From a virus, in IMG/VR virus record IMGVR_UViG_3300042090_002485, positions 32,001 to 96,000 of that record: a stretch of 64,000 bases of DNA; one strand, written 5' to 3'. This document shows positions 25,301 through 33,794 of the stretch, one piece after another. The notes under the pieces are model-generated. The model was not told the origin of the DNA. It did no database searches and worked only from the letters and a program-made list of their open reading frames with translations. The stretch's first letter is position 1. Every line of letters begins with the position of its first letter. The position numbers and the translations under genes were made by a program.

Positions 25301-27762
25301 GTGGCTTCTGGATTCGCGTAGGTGATTTGGTCGCCTTGAAGCGTGCAAACTTCGTCCTGTAGCGTCACGGCCGCGATCGGCTTCCACCCGCGACGCGTCA
25401 GAACTTCCGTCGCCTCGTCGAAGCAGAGCTTGTCCCCGATCTGCAGAGCCTCGGTCGTGCGCACCGACGCGGAGGCGCGATGCGGCGTCTTTGCGACGTC
25501 GACGACGTGCCCGGGCTGCTCGTGCGTCCAGCGCTCGACGACCTCCTCGAACGGCTTGACCAGCGACTTGGACAGCTTGCCGAGCAGCGCGGCGTCGCCG
25601 GTGACGCGGTTTGGGCGCACGCCGACGACGATTGGGTCGCCTTGGTGGAGAATCGCGCCGGGCTTCGCGACACCATCCTCGTCGAGGTTGGCGTACTGCG
25701 CGGCGGTGTACTTGTTGCCGAAGTAGGTCCGGTGCTTCTCGCGGCCGATTTCCGTCTCGCCGCTGCGCTCGACGCCGTGCTGGTACATGTGCTCGCTGAC
25801 GAGTTTGTCGGCGGCGCCCTGCGACACGACGATGCCATCGTTGGTGTTGAGGCCGCGGTAGGGCATGTACGCCACGCGCAGGTTGGTGCCGAGCGCGAGC
25901 GCACCGTCCTTGGTGAAGTTCGACTCGGCGAGCGGCTGGTCCTTCTCGACCTTGTCGCCGGCCTTCACCAGCAGCGTGTTGTGCAGCGCGGTCTTGGCCG
26001 CGAGCGGGAAGTCCTTGTCGTAGTGCAGCTTGTCGGGCGCCGCGGACGTCTTCTCGTCGTCGTGGCGGTCCGAGAGGTGGATGTAGTCGTCGTCGATCTT
26101 TGCCACGACGCCGGCGCGCCGCGCGGTCGGCACGACCTGCTTGACCATCTCGTGCTCGACCGAGACGCCGGGCTTCCACGACTCGACCTGCACGAGGGGC
26201 GCCTCGCGGTGGACGAGCGGCAGCGCCTGGCCCTGGTGCTTGCTGGCCATCAGCACGCGGTTGCCCTGGATGCCGTAGATGAGCGGCAGCAGGTTCGACG
26301 TCGGGCCGTAGAGGTCGGCGACGTGCTCGATCTGGTGCGTGACCTCGGACCCCGGGACCCTCTCGACCTTCCCTCGGTTCATCGCGTCGACCAGGCGACT
26401 CGCCTCGACGTTCTCGCCCGGGAACGCGACCACCGCCTTCTCCATGTCGGCGGCCTTGAGGAACGTCGACTTGCCCGTTCGCACGTCGCGGACGGGCGCG
26501 TAGAGGTTGCCCTTCTCGTCGCGGCGCGCGCCGATCGCGGCGCGCAGGTCGACGCCGATGGAGAAGCTCTCCGGTGACCGCGCCGGGTCGAGGATGCCCA
26601 TGTGGGTCGGGTGGACGTCGCGGGCCTCGAGTGGGATGGCGCGCTCCGACGGGATGGCGCCCTCGCCGAGCATCGTCACCTTCGACGCTTGGTCCATCAG
26701 CTCCATCGGGTTGATCTGCATCGGCACTGACGACAGCGACGTGCCGGTGAGCAGGCCGCGCACCGCGCCGGTGAACGGCCCGGCGGGCAGCGCCTTCTTG
26801 ACGTCGCCGCGCGCCGCGTCGAGCTTCCACCCCAGCTTGGTGCGCATCGCGCGGGCGCCGAGCTGGATGCGCTCCTTGACGAAGTCGTCCACCGAGTGGA
26901 GCGTCTTGAACGCGAGCGAGTCGCGGTCGTCGACGTCGGCCGCCGTCCGGTGGACGTCGAGCAGCTTCTTGCTGGCCGCGAGCATCGCGCTGGCCGACGC
27001 CTTGTCGTAGGGGTAGCCCAGCGTCTTGACGCAGACCTCTGGGTCCATGACGGTGTTGTCGAAGTAGTCGCGCAGCACGCGCGCCTTCTCGTCTTGCGTC
27101 GTCGCGGTCTGCTTCGCGGGGTGGACCAGCGTCGAGTACAGCTTGTCGACGTGTTTGTCCGGCGCCTTCCACGCGTCGCGGTTCATCTGTGCGATCTCGG
27201 AGCCCCACGCCGCCGCGATGTCCTGCTGCGGCACGCCGAGCGCGCGCAGCACGGGGTGCAGCGGAATCTTCGACGTGGTGTGTGAGGGCTGCATGTAGAG
27301 CAGGCCCTTCTCCGCGTCCATCGACACGCGGAAGTTCGCGCCGCGGGCGAGGTTGAACGTCGCTTCCAGCTCTTCGTTGCCGCGTCGGCGGACGTACGCG
27401 CCGGGCTTGGTACGCAGCTGGTTGGCGACCGAGTACTCCGTGCCGTCGACGATGAAGGTGTGGCGCGGCGTGAAGTACGGCAGCTGCATCAGCGTGAAGT
27501 CGCGCGCGGAGCTGACGGGCTGGCCCGCAGAGTCCTTGACGACGATGTCGCCACGGATGCGCTCGGACAGCGTGCGGCCCTCGAGCACGGCCGTCTTCTG
27601 CTCGCGCGATGAGAACTCGCGGGGCTCGACGCGGATGTTGGACAGCTCGAGCGTGTGCTTGCCCGCCTTGAGAGGGAACACCTGCGCGAGGGCCTCGGCC
27701 GCCTTCTTGCGGATGGCCTCGCGCCGGGTGGCAGCGTCTTCGATGACCGGGCGCAGGTTCAT
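22348..27762 (-). CDS. rpoBC: RNA polymerase beta fused to beta' N-terminal half (catalytic DPBB), containing an intein
   Basis: Beta motifs: LPYFTPRHTFIVDGTEYSVANQL, HPTHMGILDP, RVLMASKHQGQA, GDKL|CNRYGNKGVI, KGLGRMEFDGL. Beta' motifs: QDVSGRATIAP, VLVNRAPSLH, NADYDGD (22612-22632). Confidence 0.92.
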   Translation of the reverse strand: MNLRPVIEDAATRREAIRKKAAEALAQVFPLKAGKHTLELSNIRVEPREFSSREQKTAVLEGRTLSERIRGDIVVKDSAGQPVSSARDFTLMQLPYFTPRHTFIVDGTEYSVANQLRTKPGAYVRRRGNEELEATFNLARGANFRVSMDAEKGLLYMQPSHTTSKIPLHPVLRALGVPQQDIAAAWGSEIAQMNRDAWKAPDKHVDKLYSTLVHPAKQTATTQDEKARVLRDYFDNTVMDPEVCVKTLGYPYDKASASAMLAASKKLLDVHRTAADVDDRDSLAFKTLHSVDDFVKERIQLGARAMRTKLGWKLDAARGDVKKALPAGPFTGAVRGLLTGTSLSSVPMQINPMELMDQASKVTMLGEGAIPSERAIPLEARDVHPTHMGILDPARSPESFSIGVDLRAAIGARRDEKGNLYAPVRDVRTGKSTFLKAADMEKAVVAFPGENVEASRLVDAMNRGKVERVPGSEVTHQIEHVADLYGPTSNLLPLIYGIQGNRVLMASKHQGQALPLVHREAPLVQVESWKPGVSVEHEMVKQVVPTARRAGVVAKIDDDYIHLSDRHDDEKTSAAPDKLHYDKDFPLAAKTALHNTLLVKAGDKVEKDQPLAESNFTKDGALALGTNLRVAYMPYRGLNTNDGIVVSQGAADKLVSEHMYQHGVERSGETEIGREKHRTYFGNKYTAAQYANLDEDGVAKPGAILHQGDPIVVGVRPNRVTGDAALLGKLSKSLVKPFEEVVERWTHEQPGHVVDVAKTPHRASASVRTTEALQIGDKLCFDEATEVLTRRGWKPIAAVTLQDEVCTLQGDQITYANPEATHSYPTGGRMYAVRSQQVDFAVTANHQMYVKRRDHDQFELLRADAIAGKRVQFKKNGNWQGTHVDVFEFPAMSVRAGQGGVGTRELPPLRMPMNTFLLLLGAFLSEGNTFDQPGTYGIDITQTREPNRQQLIDALRAAGIAFYPGPEKIRIYGKQLLAYFSQFGLAHEKYIPDNVFDLPPAQLRILFQWLMWGDGSSKPCGRPVAYFTVSRRLADDVQRLCLHVGWAANVDRIHEGGPVTIMGKASHARPFYQVSIVTTKLEPQINHGHTKKQNAQEEGFIEDYARPVYCLTVPGHVLYVRRNGKPAWCGNCNRYGNKGVIAKIVPDEQMIHDQDGRPVDLLFTSAGIVSRINPAQTVETMLGKVAEKTGKPVVVPQYVPGRDNVEYAKKLLAEHGLTDKETVSDPITGKKIPDVVVGKSYILKLFKTTDSNWAAHGAERYDYNQQPARGGDDGAKGLGRMEFDGLVAHNARNILREAASVKSQRSDEFWRAVQLGLPTPAPKTTFAYDKFLAMLTGAGVKVDKSGSRLALGPLTDADIKSMSSGALKDASKLVRAKDLRPETGGLFDPTTTGGMSGTKWSHVDLHEPIVNPVFEEPVRRLLGLTQKEFSERVGRGGEWFRRALDDIDVDAKLAELREESRRARGPALDGVVKQIKYLEALKDRDLKPANAYVLTKVPVTPPVIRPILPLQDGRLQVGDANLLYKDAFLASDQLREAKKTLPESELADPRRHLYDAVGALFGVGEPVSPGAEKRGAKGYIAAITGTRPGSGFFQSRLMRRQQDVSGRATIAPDPTLNMDEIGVPEGVLWRMYGRFVVGRLVRRGYAATDAQKMVDDKSPIARQELLNESKERPVLVNRAPSLHRFNIIAAYPKVVDGKTLKLNPFAEKGTNADYDGDAMQIHAPVTPGGVEDAKKMTLSSMIFADKRPGVLNVAPEMESLMGLNRATRAPSREKTRHFASQEEAMAAYHRGEIALNDPIEIRGA
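24370..25425 (-). mobile_element. Intein (352 aa) with LAGLIDADG homing endonuclease in RNAP beta
   Basis: N-end CFDEATEVLTRRGW, block B TANH, LLGAFLSEGN and WLMWGDGS, C-end YCLTVP...CGN, +1 Cys. Removal restores GDKLCNRYGNKG. Confidence 0.9.
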
Positions 27763-27786
27763 GGTGTTTCTTGGTAGAAGAGGTTG

Positions 27787-28158
27787 CTACGGGATCCTTC
27801 GCGGCAGCACGGGCGCTTCAGCATCGCCCGCGTCCTGATCCGGCCTGGCCTGCGGGAGCTGGCGCGGCGTCAGGTAGCAGACCGCTACGATGAAGTCGCC
27901 GTCCTTGGTGAACGTCTTCTCCTCGTAGCGGATGGTCGCTTCGCCGCGCAGCACCTTGTTGAGCACGTCCTCGTACTCCCCGCGGTCACCTGGCAGCCCG
28001 AACAGCTGCACATGCGCGTCGAACTCCAGTTCGGGGCCCATCTTGCGCGGGTTGCCCTCGAACGCGACCCGACCAGGCCCGCCAAACATGCCAGCAACGT
28101 CGCTGGCTCCGCGCTGGGCCTTCGCGATGGACGCTACGAAGTCGTCTTCTTCAGCCAT
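27787..28158 (-). CDS. Hypothetical protein between portal and RNAP (123 aa)
   Basis: Normal composition; TAGGAT lies 6 nt upstream of the ATG. Confidence 0.55.
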   Translation of the reverse strand: MAEEDDFVASIAKAQRGASDVAGMFGGPGRVAFEGNPRKMGPELEFDAHVQLFGLPGDRGEYEDVLNKVLRGEATIRYEEKTFTKDGDFIVAVCYLTPRQLPQARPDQDAGDAEAPVLPRRIP

Positions 28159-28170
28159 CGTTGCATCCTA

Positions 28171-29952
28171 TCAGGCAGTAGCCGGGGGAGCACCGCCGCC
28201 CGATGGGTCTCCACCCTGCCGCATCGCCGTGATGGCGTCGTGGTTCTGGGCGGTGGTCTGCGCTTGGAGCCGTTCCTTGACCACGGCGTACATCACGAGG
28301 TCCTCGCTCTGCAGCGCATGCATCTGCGATTGACGTGAGCCGGGGTCAAGAGCTGCCATCTGCTGGACGATCTGATCGGCCTGCGCGATCACGGCCTGCT
28401 GGTCGTACGACAGGCCCTGCTGCCCCAGCTGCGCCTGCGAGCGCGCCTGCGTGGCCAGCGAATTCTGCCGCTTCATCAGCTCCTGCTGCAGCTCCTGCGC
28501 GGTGCGGGCGTCCTCGAGGGCCTCCTGCTTGCGCCACTTCCGCTCGTCCGCGGGGTCGACCTCGAAGGCCTCGCCGAGCGTCCGCTTGGACAGCCACGGC
28601 CCGGTCGTCGGGTCGGCCATGTTGAGCTGCAGCAGCAGGGCCTTCTGCTGGACGTCGTCGATGAACCGGAAGGGCGCGAGCGAGACCTGGACGGTGCCGC
28701 GACCGAGCTGCTTGGCGGACTTGTCCGTGATCCACTGCAGGAGGTCGTTGAGATCGCCGGTCTGGTGGACGAGCTGGTTCTCGAGCACGCGCAGCTGGAT
28801 GCCGGAGCCCATCGCGGAGAAGCCGCCGTAGATGAACTCCTTGGGCAGGCCCATGGCCGCGATGATGTTGTCCTCCGCAGCCTGGACCTCGCCGAGCGTC
28901 ATCAGTGCGCGCGCCTGGCCGCCGAGGTGCGTGACCTCGGCGGGGACCGGCGACCACATGATGTGGAGAGGGTCGCGGCGCCACTTCTTGACGCTGTCCT
29001 TCATCTGCGCCGACCACTTGGCGAGGTTGATGGTGACCAGCGGGTCGCCGTTGGGCGAGGACTGCTTGGGCGAGATGATGCGGAGCGGGACGATGTAGTC
29101 CAGCGCGATCGCCTCATTCGCCTTGCGCAGCACGGCTGCGTAGAAGAACAGCTTGATCGTCGACGCCAGCGGCGGGAAGCCCCACTGGGCCTCGATGCCA
29201 GCAGGTGCGTCCATACGCATGTGGAAGATCTGGCCCTCGGCGAACTTGAAGATCTTGTCCTCGCGGATGGCCTTCAAGAACTCCATCGGCATCGTGTCGA
29301 TGAGGTGCTTGTTGCCCTTCGCGCAGCGCTCCTTCAGCTCCTTGGGGATGGTGTAGAAGTACTCGCTGTGCCCGGTGATGGGGTTGTAGTCGATATCCAT
29401 CAGCTTCGGGTCCCAGCGGATCACCGAGAGCCGATCCTTGCGCGTGATCTTGCGGTCGACGATGTTCTTTTCGCTCGCGTCGACGCGCGTGCTGCATCCG
29501 CTGCACTCGTAGTTGAACGAGAGCTTCTTGAGCTTGAACTTGTAGTTGACCTGGTGGACGTTGGTTAGCCGCGCACACCGCGGGCACTTGAGGAAGCGCA
29601 CGAATGGCGCGTACATCGAGAAGAACGCATTGCCGTAGACGAACTTGTCGATGGCGGCTCGGATCAATGTCCGCTTCGTCTTCAAGACCTTGTCGTGCAG
29701 GTCCTCGAAGAACTGCTTGAGCGATTCGTTCTGGGTCTCGTAGATCAGGTTCGTGATCGGGTACGTGCAGAACTTCTGCAGCGCCGCGTAGATCTGCGCG
29801 CTGTTGAAGTAGAGGTACTCGCACAGCCGGAAGAGGTCCTTGAGCTTCCGCGGCGCGAACGCCGTGAGGAAATCGAAGAGCGGACTGCCCTGCGAAGCGC
29901 TGTTGTGCGACGCGAGTTCCGCGACGCCGGGGTCGAGCATTCCGTCAGGCAT
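28171..29952 (-). CDS. Portal protein (putative) with CxxC/CxxC insert
   Basis: 593 aa at the head of the head operon. Portal-like helical pattern (FFYAAVLRKANEAIA..., IIAAMGLPKEFIYG), CPRC...CSGC and a Gln-rich C-terminus. Confidence 0.6.
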   Translation of the reverse strand: MPDGMLDPGVAELASHNSASQGSPLFDFLTAFAPRKLKDLFRLCEYLYFNSAQIYAALQKFCTYPITNLIYETQNESLKQFFEDLHDKVLKTKRTLIRAAIDKFVYGNAFFSMYAPFVRFLKCPRCARLTNVHQVNYKFKLKKLSFNYECSGCSTRVDASEKNIVDRKITRKDRLSVIRWDPKLMDIDYNPITGHSEYFYTIPKELKERCAKGNKHLIDTMPMEFLKAIREDKIFKFAEGQIFHMRMDAPAGIEAQWGFPPLASTIKLFFYAAVLRKANEAIALDYIVPLRIISPKQSSPNGDPLVTINLAKWSAQMKDSVKKWRRDPLHIMWSPVPAEVTHLGGQARALMTLGEVQAAEDNIIAAMGLPKEFIYGGFSAMGSGIQLRVLENQLVHQTGDLNDLLQWITDKSAKQLGRGTVQVSLAPFRFIDDVQQKALLLQLNMADPTTGPWLSKRTLGEAFEVDPADERKWRKQEALEDARTAQELQQELMKRQNSLATQARSQAQLGQQGLSYDQQAVIAQADQIVQQMAALDPGSRQSQMHALQSEDLVMYAVVKERLQAQTTAQNHDAITAMRQGGDPSGGGAPPATA

Positions 29953-30004
29953 GGTTTACCTCGTAAACACGCAGGGCCTCTCCGTGATAGAAAGGCATCG
30001 TCAC

Positions 30005-31981
30005 ATGACGCGCACCAGGATGGACGTCCGCGTCGGCCGCGCGGGCAACGGCACCCCGGTCTTCATGATCCCGGGCCAGTCGCTCACCCACGGCCGCATC
30101 TTCGGCGCGACGTGGGACGAGCAGCGCGGGCTGTGGATGTACCCCGCGTTCTTCCCGGCGTCCGAGAAGGTGCTGGCCGACTTCGACGTGATCTCGCGCG
30201 ATGCCGAAGTGGTGTTGTCCCCCGTCGCCCAGCAACACATCGCTACCCTCGCCACGACCAAGGCCGCCCTCGCCGCGCGCGAGCTGCCGGCGTACTTCGA
30301 CTACATCACCAAGCCGTACGCTCACCAGGTCGATGGGCTCTGCCACGTCTTCCACAACATCCGCGCCGCGCTCTACTTCGACCCTGGTCTGGGCAAGTCG
30401 AAGATCGCCATCGACCTGGTGCGGCTGCTGCGGCTCGGCGGGATGCGAGGCTGCGCGCTCGTGCTCGGACCACGCGTCACCGTCGAGAACTGGGGTCGCG
30501 AGATCGATCGTCATTCCGACCGCCAGCTCAGGTGGGTCGCGCTCGTCGGCTCGCCGAAGGAGAAAGAGGCTGCGCTCGACCGCGCCGCGCAGGAGCGCGT
30601 CGACATCGTCTTGGCCACGTACGACACTGCCAAAAGGATAGTAGATTCGCTGGTTGCGCGACTACCCTACGAAGCGCTGATCCTGGACGAGAGCCACAAC
30701 GTCAAGGCGTGGACGTCCAACCGGACGACGGCTGCGTGGGAAATCGCGCAGAAGGCCCAGCGCCGGGTGCTCATGACCGGTTCGCCGACCGAGGGCGACC
30801 CACGGGACGTCTACGCGCCCTACAAGATCCTGGGTGACTGCTTCATGCCCGAGCCGCACCACAAGTTCGCGCGGATGGTGACCAAGCGCCCGTCGGAGCG
30901 GTCGCACGTCGTGCACGGTTTCAAGAACCTCGACCTGGTCAACGCCCGCACCACGTTCCTGAGCATGCGACGGACCAAGGAGGAGTGCCTGGACCTGCCT
31001 GCGCGGACCTTCGTTGACGTCGACTACCGCCTCACCGACCGCCAGACCGCGCTCTACAACCAGGTGGTCGAGGATATGGGCATCGACCCGGTGGCGTTGG
31101 CGAACTTCGCCGCGCTGCTGCGCGCCGGCGCGGTGCCCCCCGCGCTGCTTCCTGGGCAGGGGTTCCAGGGCATGACGATGCCGCACCGCGCGGTTGCGCT
31201 GCTCAAGCTGCTGCAGATCACGTCCGGCTTCATCATCAACAACATCGTCGACAACAGCTACTGCGACACGGTGAACGGCGGCAATCCTTGCGCGCATCGG
31301 CAGCACTGCGTCGACCGTGAGATTAAGCCGCGCACGTCGAAGTGCCTCGTTGACAAGACGCCGTGGCCGACCGAGACGATCTACACTGACGCCAACCCCA
31401 AGCACGACGCGATCGCGGAGCTGATCGACAGCATCATCCAGGTCCCGGACGCCAAGGTCATCGTGTGGTGTGTGTTTCACCCCGAGATGGACTCAATCGC
31501 GCAGCGTGTGCAGGACGCGGGCATCGGGCACGTCCGAGTCGACGGGACGACCGCCAAACCGATGAAGGTGATCGATCGGTTCAACGACGATCCGTCCGTT
31601 CGGGTGTACATCGGGCAGGTCGCCTCCGGTGTCGGCGTGAACTTGGTGTCAGCCGCCTACGTCATCTACAGCTCGCTGCCGTACGCGCTCACGGCCTACT
31701 TGCAGAGCCTGGACCGGAACTACAGGATCGGGCAGGACAAGCCCGTCACGGTCTACCGCATGATCGGCTTGCAGACGCTGGAGGCCGCGGTCGCGTTCCT
31801 GCTAGACCACAAGGTCGATGTGGATGCGCTGATGACCAACAAGATCGAGTGCGGACTGTGCCCTCACGTCCTGCGCTGCCAAGCCGAGCGCATCGAGCCG
31901 TTCGAGACCGGCTGCATCCATCCCAAGACGATGAAGCGCCCCGTGCTGCGGGCCCACTCGATCCACCAGAACGGAGGCTGA
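30005..31981 (+). CDS. SNF2-like SF2 helicase with Cys-rich inserts
   Basis: YAHQVDG, FDPGLGKS, LILDESH, MTGSP, VRVDG, GVGVNL and SLDRNYRIGQ. Start reassigned to MTRTRMD. Confidence 0.85.
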   Translation: MTRTRMDVRVGRAGNGTPVFMIPGQSLTHGRIFGATWDEQRGLWMYPAFFPASEKVLADFDVISRDAEVVLSPVAQQHIATLATTKAALAARELPAYFDYITKPYAHQVDGLCHVFHNIRAALYFDPGLGKSKIAIDLVRLLRLGGMRGCALVLGPRVTVENWGREIDRHSDRQLRWVALVGSPKEKEAALDRAAQERVDIVLATYDTAKRIVDSLVARLPYEALILDESHNVKAWTSNRTTAAWEIAQKAQRRVLMTGSPTEGDPRDVYAPYKILGDCFMPEPHHKFARMVTKRPSERSHVVHGFKNLDLVNARTTFLSMRRTKEECLDLPARTFVDVDYRLTDRQTALYNQVVEDMGIDPVALANFAALLRAGAVPPALLPGQGFQGMTMPHRAVALLKLLQITSGFIINNIVDNSYCDTVNGGNPCAHRQHCVDREIKPRTSKCLVDKTPWPTETIYTDANPKHDAIAELIDSIIQVPDAKVIVWCVFHPEMDSIAQRVQDAGIGHVRVDGTTAKPMKVIDRFNDDPSVRVYIGQVASGVGVNLVSAAYVIYSSLPYALTAYLQSLDRNYRIGQDKPVTVYRMIGLQTLEAAVAFLLDHKVDVDALMTNKIECGLCPHVLRCQAERIEPFETGCIHPKTMKRPVLRAHSIHQNGG

Positions 31982-31983
31982 CC

Positions 31984-32439
31984 ATGAAGATCGCCATCAC
32001 CTACGACAACGCTGACATCACTCGGCTCATCCGGCAGGACCTGGCACGCCAGGGTATTCGGGCCGCCGATTGCGCGGTGAGGTACAGCAAGGGCGTCGCG
32101 CATGTCGACGTAGAGGTGCAGCCAGATGACGACGTAGCCGCCGCGCCGCCAGTCGTTGTCGCGCCGTCGATCGAGCAGGCCGCCGCCCTGCCGCCGCGCA
32201 ACCTCGACGTCAACCTCGAGCGCGAACAGGAGCGCGAACAGGAGCGCGAGAGGATGCGTGAGCGGGAGGCCCGCCGCCAGCCGAACCTCGAGGCTATCGA
32301 GGGCGGCAACAACCCGGCTGACTTCTCGGATGTGATGCGCGCCTCGCGAAGCATCGAGCGTCAGGGCGGCGGGATGTTCCCGCCGAGCCAGCGCCAGTTG
32401 ATGGATGGCGAGTCCTTTGACCCGCCGGGAGACCGCTGA
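31984..32439 (+). CDS. Hypothetical protein (151 aa)
   Basis: MKIAITYDNAD..., with a GGAGG SD. Confidence 0.55.
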   Translation: MKIAITYDNADITRLIRQDLARQGIRAADCAVRYSKGVAHVDVEVQPDDDVAAAPPVVVAPSIEQAAALPPRNLDVNLEREQEREQERERMREREARRQPNLEAIEGGNNPADFSDVMRASRSIERQGGGMFPPSQRQLMDGESFDPPGDR

Positions 32440-33368
32440 TGCCTGTTGGAATGGAAGAAGTCGAAGAGATCCTCGATCCGTCGTTCGAGATCCCGCCGGA
32501 CCTCGAGCCGGATCTGATCGATATGCTGCCGCGCGGCTACCTGTCGCCGTCGCAGGTCGCAATGTTCCTCAAATGCCCCCACTCGTGGGAGCTGGCCTAC
32601 GTTCACGGCAAGCCGAAGAAAACGGTCGCCCGGATGTTCCAGGGCATCTTCGTGCACAACGCTGTCGAGACCGTGCTTCGCGAACGCCTCGTGCAAGGCA
32701 AGCTGCCGCCGATGGATGCGGCGTTCGCGGCGTTCTCCGATTCGTTCGACAAGTCCAAGAACCTCATCGAGGACTGGGAAGATGAGAGCGAGGGCGCGGT
32801 CAAGGACACCGGCATCAAATGCACGAAGGCCTACTACACCGAGGCCGCGGTCGACGCGCACCCGATCGCCGTGGAGAAGACGTTCTCCGTTGTCATCAAG
32901 TCGTCGGACGGCAAGGTCCGACTGCCGATCTTGGGGCGCATCGACTCCATCCAGGTCCAGGCGCACTCCGAGCAGGAGTACATGGACATTCGCGAGAAGG
33001 TCGCGGCTGCGGGCGACGAGGCGTCCGTCACCAAGCCCAAGCGCGTCCATGACCTAAAGGTCACGACGGACAAGTGGTCGCAGTCCGACTTGGACAACGA
33101 CCTGCAGTTCGCGATCTACTCTGGCGTGGAGCACGTCCCGGACGTCCAGGTAGACCAGATCGTCAAGGGCCGGGCGAAGGAGCCCAGGCCGCGTTATGAG
33201 AAGCTGACGACAGTCATGTCGTCCAGGCAGGTCGACCACGCGGTGAAGGTGGTGGAGGGGGTCGCGAAGTCGATCGGCTTGGGCCACTTCCCGATGACGG
33301 ACCCGGGCAATTGGTGGTGCTCGGGCAAATGGTGCTCGATGTGGGCGCATTGTCGCGGCAAGCAGTGA
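32439..33368 (+). CDS. PD-(D/E)XK nuclease, Cas4/AddB-like
   Basis: YLSPSQ...KCP, GRIDS, HDLKVT and a C-terminal CSGKWCSMWAHC. Confidence 0.8.
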   Translation: MPVGMEEVEEILDPSFEIPPDLEPDLIDMLPRGYLSPSQVAMFLKCPHSWELAYVHGKPKKTVARMFQGIFVHNAVETVLRERLVQGKLPPMDAAFAAFSDSFDKSKNLIEDWEDESEGAVKDTGIKCTKAYYTEAAVDAHPIAVEKTFSVVIKSSDGKVRLPILGRIDSIQVQAHSEQEYMDIREKVAAAGDEASVTKPKRVHDLKVTTDKWSQSDLDNDLQFAIYSGVEHVPDVQVDQIVKGRAKEPRPRYEKLTTVMSSRQVDHAVKVVEGVAKSIGLGHFPMTDPGNWWCSGKWCSMWAHCRGKQ

Positions 33369-33401
33369 CACCAGCAGGTCGAGCGTGATACGGAAAGGTT
33401 T

Positions 33402-33785
33402 ATGTCGCAAGCACACGCGCAGAAGCCCAACCAGACCCCGCAGACCTCGAACGCCGGCCAGCCCAGCATCGGTGCCGCTGCCGCAGCTGCCGCAGCCGCC
33501 ACCGCGAAGCCGACGGAGGCCAAGCCGGACGCCAAGCCCGAAGAGAAGACGGACACCAAGCCGGACAGCGCTACGACCGGCACCGCGACGGGTGCTGCAG
33601 CCGATGCCGCCAAGCCCGAGAAGAAGGGGCCGGCGCGCAAGCTGCTCATCATCGTCGGACAGGTTCACGAGTTCGACACGCCGGCCAAGGCCGAGGCCTT
33701 CTTGAACGGGCCGGATGCCCCCAAGGAGTTCCAGGTTTACCGGGGCAACGCGATCTCGACCCGGCGCAAGGTCTCTCTGCGTTAG
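33402..33785 (+). CDS. Hypothetical protein with low-complexity N-terminus
   Basis: GAAAGG SD; small globular C-terminal domain. Confidence 0.55.
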   Translation: MSQAHAQKPNQTPQTSNAGQPSIGAAAAAAAAATAKPTEAKPDAKPEEKTDTKPDSATTGTATGAAADAAKPEKKGPARKLLIIVGQVHEFDTPAKAEAFLNGPDAPKEFQVYRGNAISTRRKVSLR

Positions 33786-33794
33786 AGTCAGGGG

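Noticed and set aside
32215-32260. GAGCGCGAACAG direct repeat (EREQEREQERER)
   Set aside because: Short coding slippage in a charged linker, with no further structure.
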